Origin: a virus
Lineage: Duplodnaviria; Caudoviricetes
Length of the DNA: 25,646 nucleotides
Strand: one strand, 5' to 3'
IMG/VR virus record: IMGVR_UViG_3300037601_000136
Span: 1-25,646 of that record
The notes beneath the pieces are model-generated. The model saw only the letters and a list, made by a program, of their open reading frames with translations. It was not told the origin of the DNA and did not search any database. How positions within the stretch are numbered: position 1 is the stretch's first letter; each line of letters begins with the position of its first letter. The position numbers were made by a program, and so were the translations under genes. This document shows, in pieces, positions 1 through 7,044 of the stretch.

Positions 1-63
1 CTGCGCTTCAAGATGCTCGCGCGCTTTGTCCGGGTCGGTGAATAAAGGATTTGTAAGTTCCAT
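1..63 (-). CDS. IS1595-family transposase, N-terminal 21 codons (partial)
   Basis: ATG at 63 on the - strand with a GGAGA RBS gives MELTNPLFTDPDKAREHLEAQ. This matches the 'PxFxDxxxAxxHLE' segment that precedes the WPxGPxCPHC zinc ribbon in IS1595 transposases. Not in the ORF track because it is truncated. Confidence 0.75.
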   Translation of the reverse strand, partial: MELTNPLFTDPDKAREHLEAQ

Positions 64-83
64 AGCGGTCTCCGTTGGCCTAG

Positions 84-112
84 AGAATGGGCCAACAGGG
101 CTGCTTTGTCAA
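84..112 (-). promoter_or_regulatory. Putative sigma70 promoter of the transposase, with -35 inside the IS terminal repeat
   Basis: The - strand reads TTGACA-N17-CATTCT. An inverted repeat (GTTGGCC 74-80 / GGCCAAC 90-96) brackets the -10 box. Confidence 0.55.
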
Positions 113-165
113 GTATATAATTGGCGTTGAGTGCATCGCGGGGCAATCCCACAAAATTGATTTCA

Positions 166-236
166 ACGACACGGACCCTAAGCGGGGCACTGTTCTGGCA
201 AGATGTCCTCCTGAACAGCAAACTGAACCGTGTCGT
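166..236 (+). promoter_or_regulatory. Predicted multi-stem RNA leader element with an anti-SD loop
   Basis: A 9-bp stem (ACGACACGG 166-174 / CCGTGTCGT 228-236) encloses a small CCC/GGG hairpin and CTGTTC 190-195 / GAACAG 213-218. The loop of the latter contains GTCCTCCT. Confidence 0.45.
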
Positions 237-262
237 CATTTTACAAAACTCGGAGAAACGAG

Positions 263-613
263 ATGAGTGATTCACTAAGCGAGCTTAGCGGAAGATACGA
301 GCTCATGCGCGCCAAAATTGACGAGCTTGAGACCCGGCTCGAAAACCTGCCAGAAATGAAGCGCCGCCTGAGCGAGCTTGCGGAGCTTATCAAACAGGCG
401 GTCTCTGAACAGCCCACGCCCCAATCCCCCTCCACCGAACAGGAGAGCGGGGAAACGGTCGATCAGCATCACAGGGCTGCGGCAGAGGGCATGGATCAGG
501 CGCGAGACATCGGGAATATGACCTTCGCGGAGATCAACAAGGACGTGGATCTAACGGGGTTCTCCGGCTCGCCCAACGGCTCCACTGAACAGCCCGCCCC
601 AGAAACGGACTAA
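263..613 (+). CDS. Hypothetical protein with an N-terminal coiled coil and acidic/proline low-complexity tail
   Basis: ORF track 230..613. ATG 263 has a GGAGA RBS at 252-256. Heptad pattern in LRAKIDELETRLE-like segment; internal repeats SEQPTP/STEQES/STEQPAP. Confidence 0.65.
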   Translation: MSDSLSELSGRYELMRAKIDELETRLENLPEMKRRLSELAELIKQAVSEQPTPQSPSTEQESGETVDQHHRAAAEGMDQARDIGNMTFAEINKDVDLTGFSGSPNGSTEQPAPETD

Positions 614-619
614 CCAACT

Positions 620-762
620 TACCGACAAGGCAAGCCCACCCCACCGGACCGGGCACGCCTCCTTGCTTGCCCAGCCTTGTCGGTATCCCCAATTCCAGCG
701 GCGCTCCCTACCGTTTGTTGACGGAACCCATGAAGTGAAGCGCATGAGTTTCGCCGCTGGAA
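620..762. ncRNA. Two tandem multi-stem RNA structures (cis-regulatory leader or sRNA candidate)
   Basis: A perfect 12-bp stem (620-631 / 674-685) and a perfect 11-bp stem (693-703 / 752-762) each enclose inner hairpins. Together they fill the intergenic gap. Confidence 0.5.
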
Positions 763-788
763 ACCCTTTTCGTAAAGGAGGACTGATC

Positions 789-1031
789 ATGTCCGTACCA
801 TCCCTCGCTGATAAGTTCGTAAATGGCGTTGCCAAGACTACGGGCTTTACTCGCGATTTCACGGGCGACTTGATGGGCGCAGCCGGTGCCGGAGCAGGCA
901 CGTTTGCAGCTCTTGCATGGATGACGGGTAACACCGCCCTGTTGCTAAATCCGTTTGTCTGGATTTGCGCGGCCGGCGGAGCAATCGTCACAGCCATGAC
1001 GTGGAAGCGGTTTCGTCGGAATAATCCCTGA
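789..1031 (+). CDS. Small glycine/alanine-rich membrane protein (80 aa, two hydrophobic segments, basic C-terminus)
   Basis: A strong AAGGAGG RBS (775-781) precedes ATG 789, in the frame of ORF 663..1031. Sequence includes GAAGAGAGTFAALAW and FVWICAAGGAIVTAM followed by KRFRR. The stop overlaps the next ATG (TGATG). Confidence 0.7.
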   Translation: MSVPSLADKFVNGVAKTTGFTRDFTGDLMGAAGAGAGTFAALAWMTGNTALLLNPFVWICAAGGAIVTAMTWKRFRRNNP

Positions 1032-1366
1032 TGAGCAACACACGCGGTCGCCAAGCTAACCTGGACGACACCCGCCAATTCCGACGAGACTTGATGTGGT
1101 TCAAGTTCAAGGGCCGAGAGTACCAATACACTCCTGCCTTGCACTTGATGGCTCTCAGCAACTACACGCAAGCCACGGTGCAGAACGCAGATCAGGTCAT
1201 CGTCCTCGTTGATACCGTCCGAGACGAAAACAAGATCATCCAGCACACCCGTAAGCGCAAACTCACATTGAACAGCCTTGAGCTTCAAACACTGCTCGAC
1301 AAGTGTGATCGCACTTTACGCAAAATGGAAATCGCCCGCACCAAGGTTGATGAGGTGACAGCGTAA
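1031..1366 (+). CDS. Hypothetical phage protein
   Basis: 111-aa ORF translationally coupled at both ends (TGATG, TAATG). Confidence 0.7.
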   Translation: MSNTRGRQANLDDTRQFRRDLMWFKFKGREYQYTPALHLMALSNYTQATVQNADQVIVLVDTVRDENKIIQHTRKRKLTLNSLELQTLLDKCDRTLRKMEIARTKVDEVTA

Positions 1367-1578
1367 TGCCAGATCACAAATATGTAGAATCCCGCGCTCA
1401 GGGTCGCACCTGGATCAAGCTGATCGACAACGGCGACGGCACACACTCGGTTGCAATGAATGACATAGCCAGCGAGTCAAAGCTTCAGGACATCGAATCC
1501 AAGCTGAACGACATCAACACCAAGCTTGCCGCGATTCAGGTTATTCTGAGCGGCACATTGACAGTCACTATAGGTTAG
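1366..1578 (+). CDS. Hypothetical phage protein (DNGDGT beta-hairpin motif, short coiled coil)
   Basis: 70-aa ORF with a coupled start and GAGGTG RBS. Confidence 0.7.
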   Translation: MPDHKYVESRAQGRTWIKLIDNGDGTHSVAMNDIASESKLQDIESKLNDINTKLAAIQVILSGTLTVTIG

Positions 1579-1586
1579 GAGGCAGC

Positions 1587-1976
1587 ATGACAGATTTCAA
1601 AGCCATTCGAACAGAACTAGGCTTCACCCAGAAAGAGCTTGGCGAACTGCTCGGCATAGACCCAACCCAGATCAGCAAGGCAGAGAACGGACACGATGTC
1701 CCTGCTATGTATGAGTATGCGTTGAAGGGTCTGCAGGCGGAACTAGACGGTCGCACGGCGACTTCGGGCGAAGACACGGAGCCGCTCAAGGCCCGCATTG
1801 CTGAGCTTGAGGCGCAGCTTGTCGAGACGAATGCAAAGCTGATCGATGCGAACAACCAAATCATTGGCCTGAATGAGCAAGCGCTCACAGCCGCCAAGCG
1901 GGCGACAACCACTGAGCAGCCCAAACGCCGTGGCCTTGGACGCCCTAAAGGCGCTCAAGTGCATGGGATGGAGTAA
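1587..1976 (+). CDS. XRE/Cro-family helix-turn-helix protein with coiled coil and C-terminal AT-hook-like motif
   Basis: FKAIRTELGFTQKELGELLGIDPTQISKAENG is a classic HTH_3 pattern. AGGAGG RBS; KRRGLGRPKG near the C-terminus. Confidence 0.85.
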   Translation: MTDFKAIRTELGFTQKELGELLGIDPTQISKAENGHDVPAMYEYALKGLQAELDGRTATSGEDTEPLKARIAELEAQLVETNAKLIDANNQIIGLNEQALTAAKRATTTEQPKRRGLGRPKGAQVHGME

Positions 1977-1982
1977 ATAGCT

Positions 1983-2210
1983 GTGACGCCTTGCTCAACG
2001 CCGCACTGTGTCGGCAAGAGCAAAAATGATTATCGCTGGTGGTTCTGTTCTCGCTGTTGGAAACACGTCAGCAAGACGCAGAAACGAAAACTGAAAGCGG
2101 CCACAAACTTAGCTGTGAAACGTGGCCACCCCTATTGCTGGACAGACCGAGAGCACAAAGAGCACGCCATATGTGTTGCTGACGCCAGTCTTGGCCGCTG
2201 TTTTGATTGA
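1983..2210 (+). CDS. Small Cys-rich, probably zinc-binding phage protein
   Basis: CSTPHC...CSRCW motif. GTG start with GGAG upstream; fills the gap before terS. Confidence 0.6.
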   Translation: MTPCSTPHCVGKSKNDYRWWFCSRCWKHVSKTQKRKLKAATNLAVKRGHPYCWTDREHKEHAICVADASLGRCFD

Positions 2211-2220
2211 GAGGTGATTT

Positions 2221-2667
2221 ATGCCCGCAGGTCGGCCAACCAAGTTTGATAAGCTGGACTTGGATCAGGTAAAGAGCCTCGCAACTCGTGGCTGGACTGA
2301 TCAGGAAATGGCTGATCATTTTAAGGTTGCTCGCTCAACATGGTCTAAGTGGAAAATAGAGCACCCTGAATTTTCGGACACCCTAAAGGACTGGAAGGAC
2401 GAGGCTGATAAACGCGTTGAGCGGAGCTTGTATGAGCGAGCACTTGGGTACAATCACCCACAGGACAAGATTTTCAACGACAGCGGCAAGCCTTTAATTG
2501 TGCCGACCATCAAGCATTATCCGCCTGACACAACCGCCATGATATTTTGGCTTAAGAACAGACAGCCCGAAGATTGGCGCGATAAAGTGGAAACTGAGCA
2601 CTCTGGCAAAATTGGGTTTGAAGGCATTGAGCGTGTCATCATCGATCCTGAAGCTGCCGACAGCTAG
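2221..2667 (+). CDS. terS: Terminase small subunit
   Basis: MPAGRPTKF N-terminus, an HTH, and the VERSLYERALG and YPPDTTAMIFWLKNRQPEDWRD motifs. GAGGTG RBS; immediately upstream of TerL. Confidence 0.88.
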   Translation: MPAGRPTKFDKLDLDQVKSLATRGWTDQEMADHFKVARSTWSKWKIEHPEFSDTLKDWKDEADKRVERSLYERALGYNHPQDKIFNDSGKPLIVPTIKHYPPDTTAMIFWLKNRQPEDWRDKVETEHSGKIGFEGIERVIIDPEAADS

Positions 2668-3967
2668 GGTCTTCGTTCCATTATGCCAGCCATCACGCTA
2701 CAAGGGCGCGTGGGGAGGCCGAGGCTCCGGTAAGTCACATTTCTTTGCTGACTTGATGGTAGAGACGGCCCTACGCATCCCAGGCTTCCGTGGCGTGTGT
2801 GTTCGTGAGGTACAAAAGACGCTCGCTGAATCAGCAAAGAAGCTGATCGAAGACAAAATCATCGCGATGGACGCTGGCGGGTACTTCACGCCACAACAAG
2901 ACAAAATCATAACACCGGGCGGCGGCTCAATCCTGTTTCAGGGTATGCAGGACCATAACGCTGAGTCGATCAAGTCACTTGAGGGGATGGATAGAGCTTG
3001 GATCGAGGAAGCCCAGACACTTAGCGATAGATCGCTGACACTGTTAAGGCCAACAATTCGTAAGGAAGGTTCAGAGATTTGGGCGAGCTGGAACCCGAGA
3101 CGTAAGGCGGACGCGGTTGATAAATTCCTGCGTGGTGAGAACCCGCCAGAGGATGCAATCATTGTCCGCGCCAACTGGTCAGACAATCCTTGGTTTCCAA
3201 CAGTGCTTGATGATGAGCGCTGTCATGACCTGGATCATTACCCGGATCGCTACCCGCATGTGTGGGAAGGCGAGTATGCCACGATTGTCGAGGGCGCTTA
3301 CTACGCGAAGGACTTGGCGCTTGCGAGACAGCAGGGCCGCATAGGCCGGGTCACGAATGATCCGCTCCTGCCGATCCGTGTCTATCATGATCTCGCGTTT
3401 AGTAGTTCGGACCAGGCTGATGCTTACACGATGTGGGTGGTTCAGTTTGTAGACCGCGAAATCCGGGTGCTGGCTTACTACGAAACGCAAGGCCAAAGCC
3501 TGCAACATCATGTACGCTGGATACAGAACTGGATGCGCACAAATGATGTGAGCCATGTCATTCACCGCTTGCCGCATGACGGCACGAGACCGGACGGCTT
3601 GGGCAAACGCTTTGAGGATCACTGGAGAAGCGCCAGCACAGACGAATATGGCTGGACGGTGGGTGTTATCCCAAATCAGGGCAAAGGCGCGGCCATGCAG
3701 CGAGTAGAGGCAGCGCGGCGGCATTTTAACAAGGTCTGGTTCAACGAGAAAGAAACAGAGGCCGGACGTGAGGCATTGGCGTTCTATCACGAGCGCATTG
3801 ATGAGAAGCGCCAGATCGGCCTTGGGCCAGAACATGATTGGTCATCACATGGCGCTGATGCGTTCGGATTGATGGCAAGTGACTATGTGGAGCGCCACGG
3901 CGAGCGCCCAAAGAAACGGGATTACAGCTTTGACAAACAAGACAACAGCTCAGCGTGGTCGTGGTGA
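2612..3967 (+). CDS. terL: Terminase large subunit (PBSX/Terminase_3 type)
   Basis: Walker A GGRGSGKS, Walker B AWIEEA, LRPTIRK, WNP, and nuclease motifs LPHDG and HDWSSHGADAF. The true start may be TTG 2627 or GTG 2633. Confidence 0.95.
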   Translation: MGLKALSVSSSILKLPTARVFVPLCQPSRYKGAWGGRGSGKSHFFADLMVETALRIPGFRGVCVREVQKTLAESAKKLIEDKIIAMDAGGYFTPQQDKIITPGGGSILFQGMQDHNAESIKSLEGMDRAWIEEAQTLSDRSLTLLRPTIRKEGSEIWASWNPRRKADAVDKFLRGENPPEDAIIVRANWSDNPWFPTVLDDERCHDLDHYPDRYPHVWEGEYATIVEGAYYAKDLALARQQGRIGRVTNDPLLPIRVYHDLAFSSSDQADAYTMWVVQFVDREIRVLAYYETQGQSLQHHVRWIQNWMRTNDVSHVIHRLPHDGTRPDGLGKRFEDHWRSASTDEYGWTVGVIPNQGKGAAMQRVEAARRHFNKVWFNEKETEAGREALAFYHERIDEKRQIGLGPEHDWSSHGADAFGLMASDYVERHGERPKKRDYSFDKQDNSSAWSW

Positions 3968-5868
3968 CTGACGAAGAAACCGAAGTGCTCAGCGAGCATG
4001 ACGAAATCCTGGCTAAGCTTGATGGCTGGTCTCGTGACATAGATCGCCACTGGTCAGAATGGCATGAAGAGGCGCAAGAGTGCCTGCGCTACACTGCGGG
4101 CCATCAGTACAGCCAGAAAGAGCTGTCAGACATCAAGGGCTCACGCAAAATCCCGGTCACGTTCAATCGGATCGGGCCTGTGATTGACGCGGTTGTCGGG
4201 TCAGAGATTCAGGGACGCCAGCAGACACAGTATCAGCCTCGTGAGCTTGGAGATGCCAAGGTCAATGAGATGCTGACAGAAGGTGCTGACTGGCTTCGTG
4301 ATCAGTCTGATGCTGACGGTGAGGAATCGGATGCTAAGCGAGACGCTTTTATCTGTGGTCTGGGCGCTGTTTCGACAGAAATGGAGTATGAGGAAGACCC
4401 GCAAGGCAAGGTGATCTATCGCCGTCTTGAGCCGGGGTCTGTTTTCCCTGATCCGAGAGCGCGCCAGTCCAATGCCTATGACGCCCGGTTTATCCGCCAT
4501 CGTGACAAGCTGAGCCGCGACGAGTTCAAAGAGCTTTATGGCGATGTGAACGGCGTGTTCGATGATGATGGGTTGATTGCGACGAATGACGCTGACCCGC
4601 GCAACAGTTACAAGGGTGATGACGATACCAATGAAGAGGATCTGGTAACGGTAGACCTCTGGCAGTGGTACGAGGTGGATACGGTTATTCTGACGCCAAG
4701 CCAGGACGGTCTGAGCGTGAAGGAATACACCCGCGAGCAGTTTGAGGCGCTTGAACAGGCGGCAACTGAGCAGGGTTACAAGCTGGAGAGCGTCACCCGG
4801 CGTCGTCGGCGCTATATGACGGCCCTGCTGAGCGGTAAGACGTTTCTTGAGGAGCCGCGGCCGCTGGAGTTCAACAAGTTTACGATCCAGTTCATCACTG
4901 GCAAGCGCGATCAGGGTAAAGGCGTCTGGTACGGGCTTGTTCGGCCTATGATTGACCCGCAGAAGTGGGCAAACACGTTCTTCAGCATGTTGCTGCATAT
5001 GATGCGCACGAATGCCAAGGGCGGCGTTATGGCTGAAGAGGGCGCGATTGGTGACAAGACCAAGTTTGAGCAGTCTCTGGCCAGCTCTGACGAGGTAACG
5101 ATTGTTGCTGATGGCGCGATCAGCCAGAAAAAGGTCATACCGAAGCCGCAGCCTAACTACCCGGCAGGGATTGACCGGCTGATGCAAGAGGCGGTTGGGG
5201 CAATTCGTGATGTCACGGGTGTTCCGAGCGAAATGCTGGGGCTCACTGATCGTGATCAGCCTGGGGTTCTGGAAGCGCAGCGCAAACAGGCCGCTTATGG
5301 GCTTCTGGCGACGTTTTTCGAGAGCTTCCGGCGTTATCGCAAGCTGAATGGCGAGCTGTTGCTTGAGTTCATGAAAATGCTTGGCCCTGAGACGCTTGTG
5401 CGGGTCACTGGCGAGGATGGTATCCAACAAGCCTATGTGCAGCTTCAAGCGCTTCTGGGCGGTCCTGACGCAAAATATGACGTGATTGTCGATGAGATGC
5501 CTGCTGGTCCGAACCAGAAAGAGCGCACATGGGCAATGATTACGCAAATCGTGCCTGCGGTGCGTGATCAGATGACGCCGGAGATGTGGGCCGAGTTTAT
5601 CAAATACAGCCCATTCCCTGACAGCCTGTCGATCAAGCTGCGCGAAATCATCATGAACGCTGAGCAGAGCCAGCAGGAGCAGATTATTCAAGCGCTGATG
5701 CAGCGAGTGCAGGGTATTGAAGGCCAGATGCAACAGGCTGGCTTCCAGATGGATATGCAGGACAAGGCTGCTGACATTCGGGCCAAGGACGCGAAGACTG
5801 AGCAGACACAGGTTGAGACGCTTGCAACGATCATGCGCCCAGACCCTGATCCGCAAGTCGTAATGTAA
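3955..5868 (+). CDS. Portal protein, P22-like
   Basis: Follows TerL. Motifs GHQY, TFNRIGP, YGLVRPMIDPQKWAN and IRDVTGV..EMLG, plus a Q-rich C-terminal helical barrel. Likely start is GTG 3964 (GTGA overlap with the terL stop). Confidence 0.9.
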   Translation: MVVVTDEETEVLSEHDEILAKLDGWSRDIDRHWSEWHEEAQECLRYTAGHQYSQKELSDIKGSRKIPVTFNRIGPVIDAVVGSEIQGRQQTQYQPRELGDAKVNEMLTEGADWLRDQSDADGEESDAKRDAFICGLGAVSTEMEYEEDPQGKVIYRRLEPGSVFPDPRARQSNAYDARFIRHRDKLSRDEFKELYGDVNGVFDDDGLIATNDADPRNSYKGDDDTNEEDLVTVDLWQWYEVDTVILTPSQDGLSVKEYTREQFEALEQAATEQGYKLESVTRRRRRYMTALLSGKTFLEEPRPLEFNKFTIQFITGKRDQGKGVWYGLVRPMIDPQKWANTFFSMLLHMMRTNAKGGVMAEEGAIGDKTKFEQSLASSDEVTIVADGAISQKKVIPKPQPNYPAGIDRLMQEAVGAIRDVTGVPSEMLGLTDRDQPGVLEAQRKQAAYGLLATFFESFRRYRKLNGELLLEFMKMLGPETLVRVTGEDGIQQAYVQLQALLGGPDAKYDVIVDEMPAGPNQKERTWAMITQIVPAVRDQMTPEMWAEFIKYSPFPDSLSIKLREIIMNAEQSQQEQIIQALMQRVQGIEGQMQQAGFQMDMQDKAADIRAKDAKTEQTQVETLATIMRPDPDPQVVM

Positions 5869-5876
5869 TCGCCTTC

Positions 5877-5896
5877 CGCTGAGGCGTTATTCAGCG
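5877..5896 (+). promoter_or_regulatory. Hairpin with GGCGTTAT loop upstream of the scaffold gene
   Basis: CGCTGA 5877-5882 / TCAGCG 5891-5896. The loop resembles the loops upstream of the capsid gene. Confidence 0.45.
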
Positions 5897-5924
5897 AGAC
5901 ACTAGACCAGACCGGAGTGAACAT

Positions 5925-6917
5925 ATGTCTGAGACACAGGTTGTAGAACCCGTGAATGAAGAGGTTGTGCTTGATGACAACGCAGCCGCAATTGCTGAAC
6001 AGCAAGCCGAGCTTGATGAGATCAATAATCCTGATCAACCAGCAGAACCGGAGCCGGAACCGGAACAAAACGCCGAGCCGCAGGCCCAGCCTGACGATAA
6101 AGCCGCTAATCTGCAAAAGGCCCTCTCTGAGAGCCGGTATGCACAGCGGCAAACTCAACGCGAGTTGAGGCAATTGCGTGAACTGATTGCGAATGCAAGC
6201 CCGCAACAGAACGCGCCACAGGAGCAGCAGGTAGAGCTTGACCCGGACGGTGACCCTATGGGCACGCTGCGCTATGTCACGGCTCGCCTGCGCGCTTATG
6301 AGCACCAGGAACAGCAACGTCAGAAGCAGGCGGAGCAGGAGCAAGCTCAACAGCAATTTGAGGCAGAGATTCAGAATACATGGCGTGAAGGTGCTGAAGT
6401 GTTCCGCGCCGAGCAGCCTGATTATGACAAAGCCGCTGAATACCTGATTGAATCACGGATCAGCGAGCTGAAATCGCTTGGCCACTATAGCCAGCAGGAA
6501 CTGGCGCTACAGGGCTTTGCTCCGCAGCAAATCGATAATCCGAACCATCCGAACCCGGTCTGGTCTATCGAGGCGCATGTGAAAAACGAATATCAGGGCC
6601 TTGCCAGCACATCACGTCAGAACGGGCAGAACCCGGCTGCACTGGTCTATGGTCAAGCGGTTGCGCGCGGTTATGTGGCCTCGCAAGATCCACCTGCGGA
6701 TGATCCAAACCCGCAACCTGCGCCCGCACCTGAAAACGCCCCGGCTCAGCAGCAGCTTGAGGCGATCAAGAAAGGCCAGCAGGCTCCGAAAACGACACGG
6801 GGCAGCGGCGGCGCGACAGCATCGGGAACTGTTACCGAGGAAATGCTGAACAACGCCAAGACAGACAAAGAGTTTAACGAGCTTTGGTCGCGGTACGAGA
6901 AACAATACGCGTCATAG
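5925..6917 (+). CDS. Capsid assembly scaffolding protein
   Basis: Lies between portal and capsid. Acidic, E/Q/P-rich, with coiled coils and a short C-terminal helix-turn-helix typical of coat-binding tails. GGAG RBS. Confidence 0.8.
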   Translation: MSETQVVEPVNEEVVLDDNAAAIAEQQAELDEINNPDQPAEPEPEPEQNAEPQAQPDDKAANLQKALSESRYAQRQTQRELRQLRELIANASPQQNAPQEQQVELDPDGDPMGTLRYVTARLRAYEHQEQQRQKQAEQEQAQQQFEAEIQNTWREGAEVFRAEQPDYDKAAEYLIESRISELKSLGHYSQQELALQGFAPQQIDNPNHPNPVWSIEAHVKNEYQGLASTSRQNGQNPAALVYGQAVARGYVASQDPPADDPNPQPAPAPENAPAQQQLEAIKKGQQAPKTTRGSGGATASGTVTEEMLNNAKTDKEFNELWSRYEKQYAS

Positions 6918-6926
6918 TTTGTTCAT

Positions 6927-7012
6927 CGGGTGCCGACTGCCCGCAATAGTCGAGATTCGCTACGGCCTGCGTCAAAGCCGATTCCGCCCGCTCACGGCGT
7001 CAAGTGAAGCGC
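6927..7012 (+). promoter_or_regulatory. Structured capsid-gene leader: H-type pseudoknot plus two GCGTCAA-loop hairpins
   Basis: CGGGT/GCCCG stem crossed with CGACT/AGTCG; hairpins CGGC..GCCG (6963-6980) and CGCTCAC..GTGAAGCG (6989-7011). Confidence 0.5.
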
Positions 7013-7044
7013 TTTCCCTAGAAATTTAATCAAAGAGAAGCATC

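Larger units (their letters stand above)
1..125 (-). mobile_element. Left end of an IS1595-family insertion sequence (continues beyond the window start)
   Basis: The - strand reads GCCAATTATATACTTGACAAA (125->105), resembling IS1595-family terminal inverted repeats. It is followed by a promoter, an RBS and an ORF whose N-terminus is typical of IS1595 transposases. The other end and the target duplication are outside the window. Confidence 0.75.

Noticed and set aside
403-600. Short repeats around (C/T)GAACAG
   Set aside because: They encode the SEQP/TEQ peptide repeats of ORF 263..613 and are too few and irregular for an array or iterons.
693-762. Hammerhead ribozyme on the - strand (GAAAC...GTTC three-way junction)
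   Set aside because: The topology is similar, but the required CUGANGA core is absent (TAGGGAG instead).
551-1288. 245-aa - strand ORF
   Set aside because: It overlaps + strand genes that have good RBSs and coupled junctions, and the sequence does not look protein-like.
4201-5856. 551-aa ORF on the - strand
   Set aside because: It lies entirely antisense to the portal gene and has no recognisable motifs. It is a shadow ORF from codon bias.
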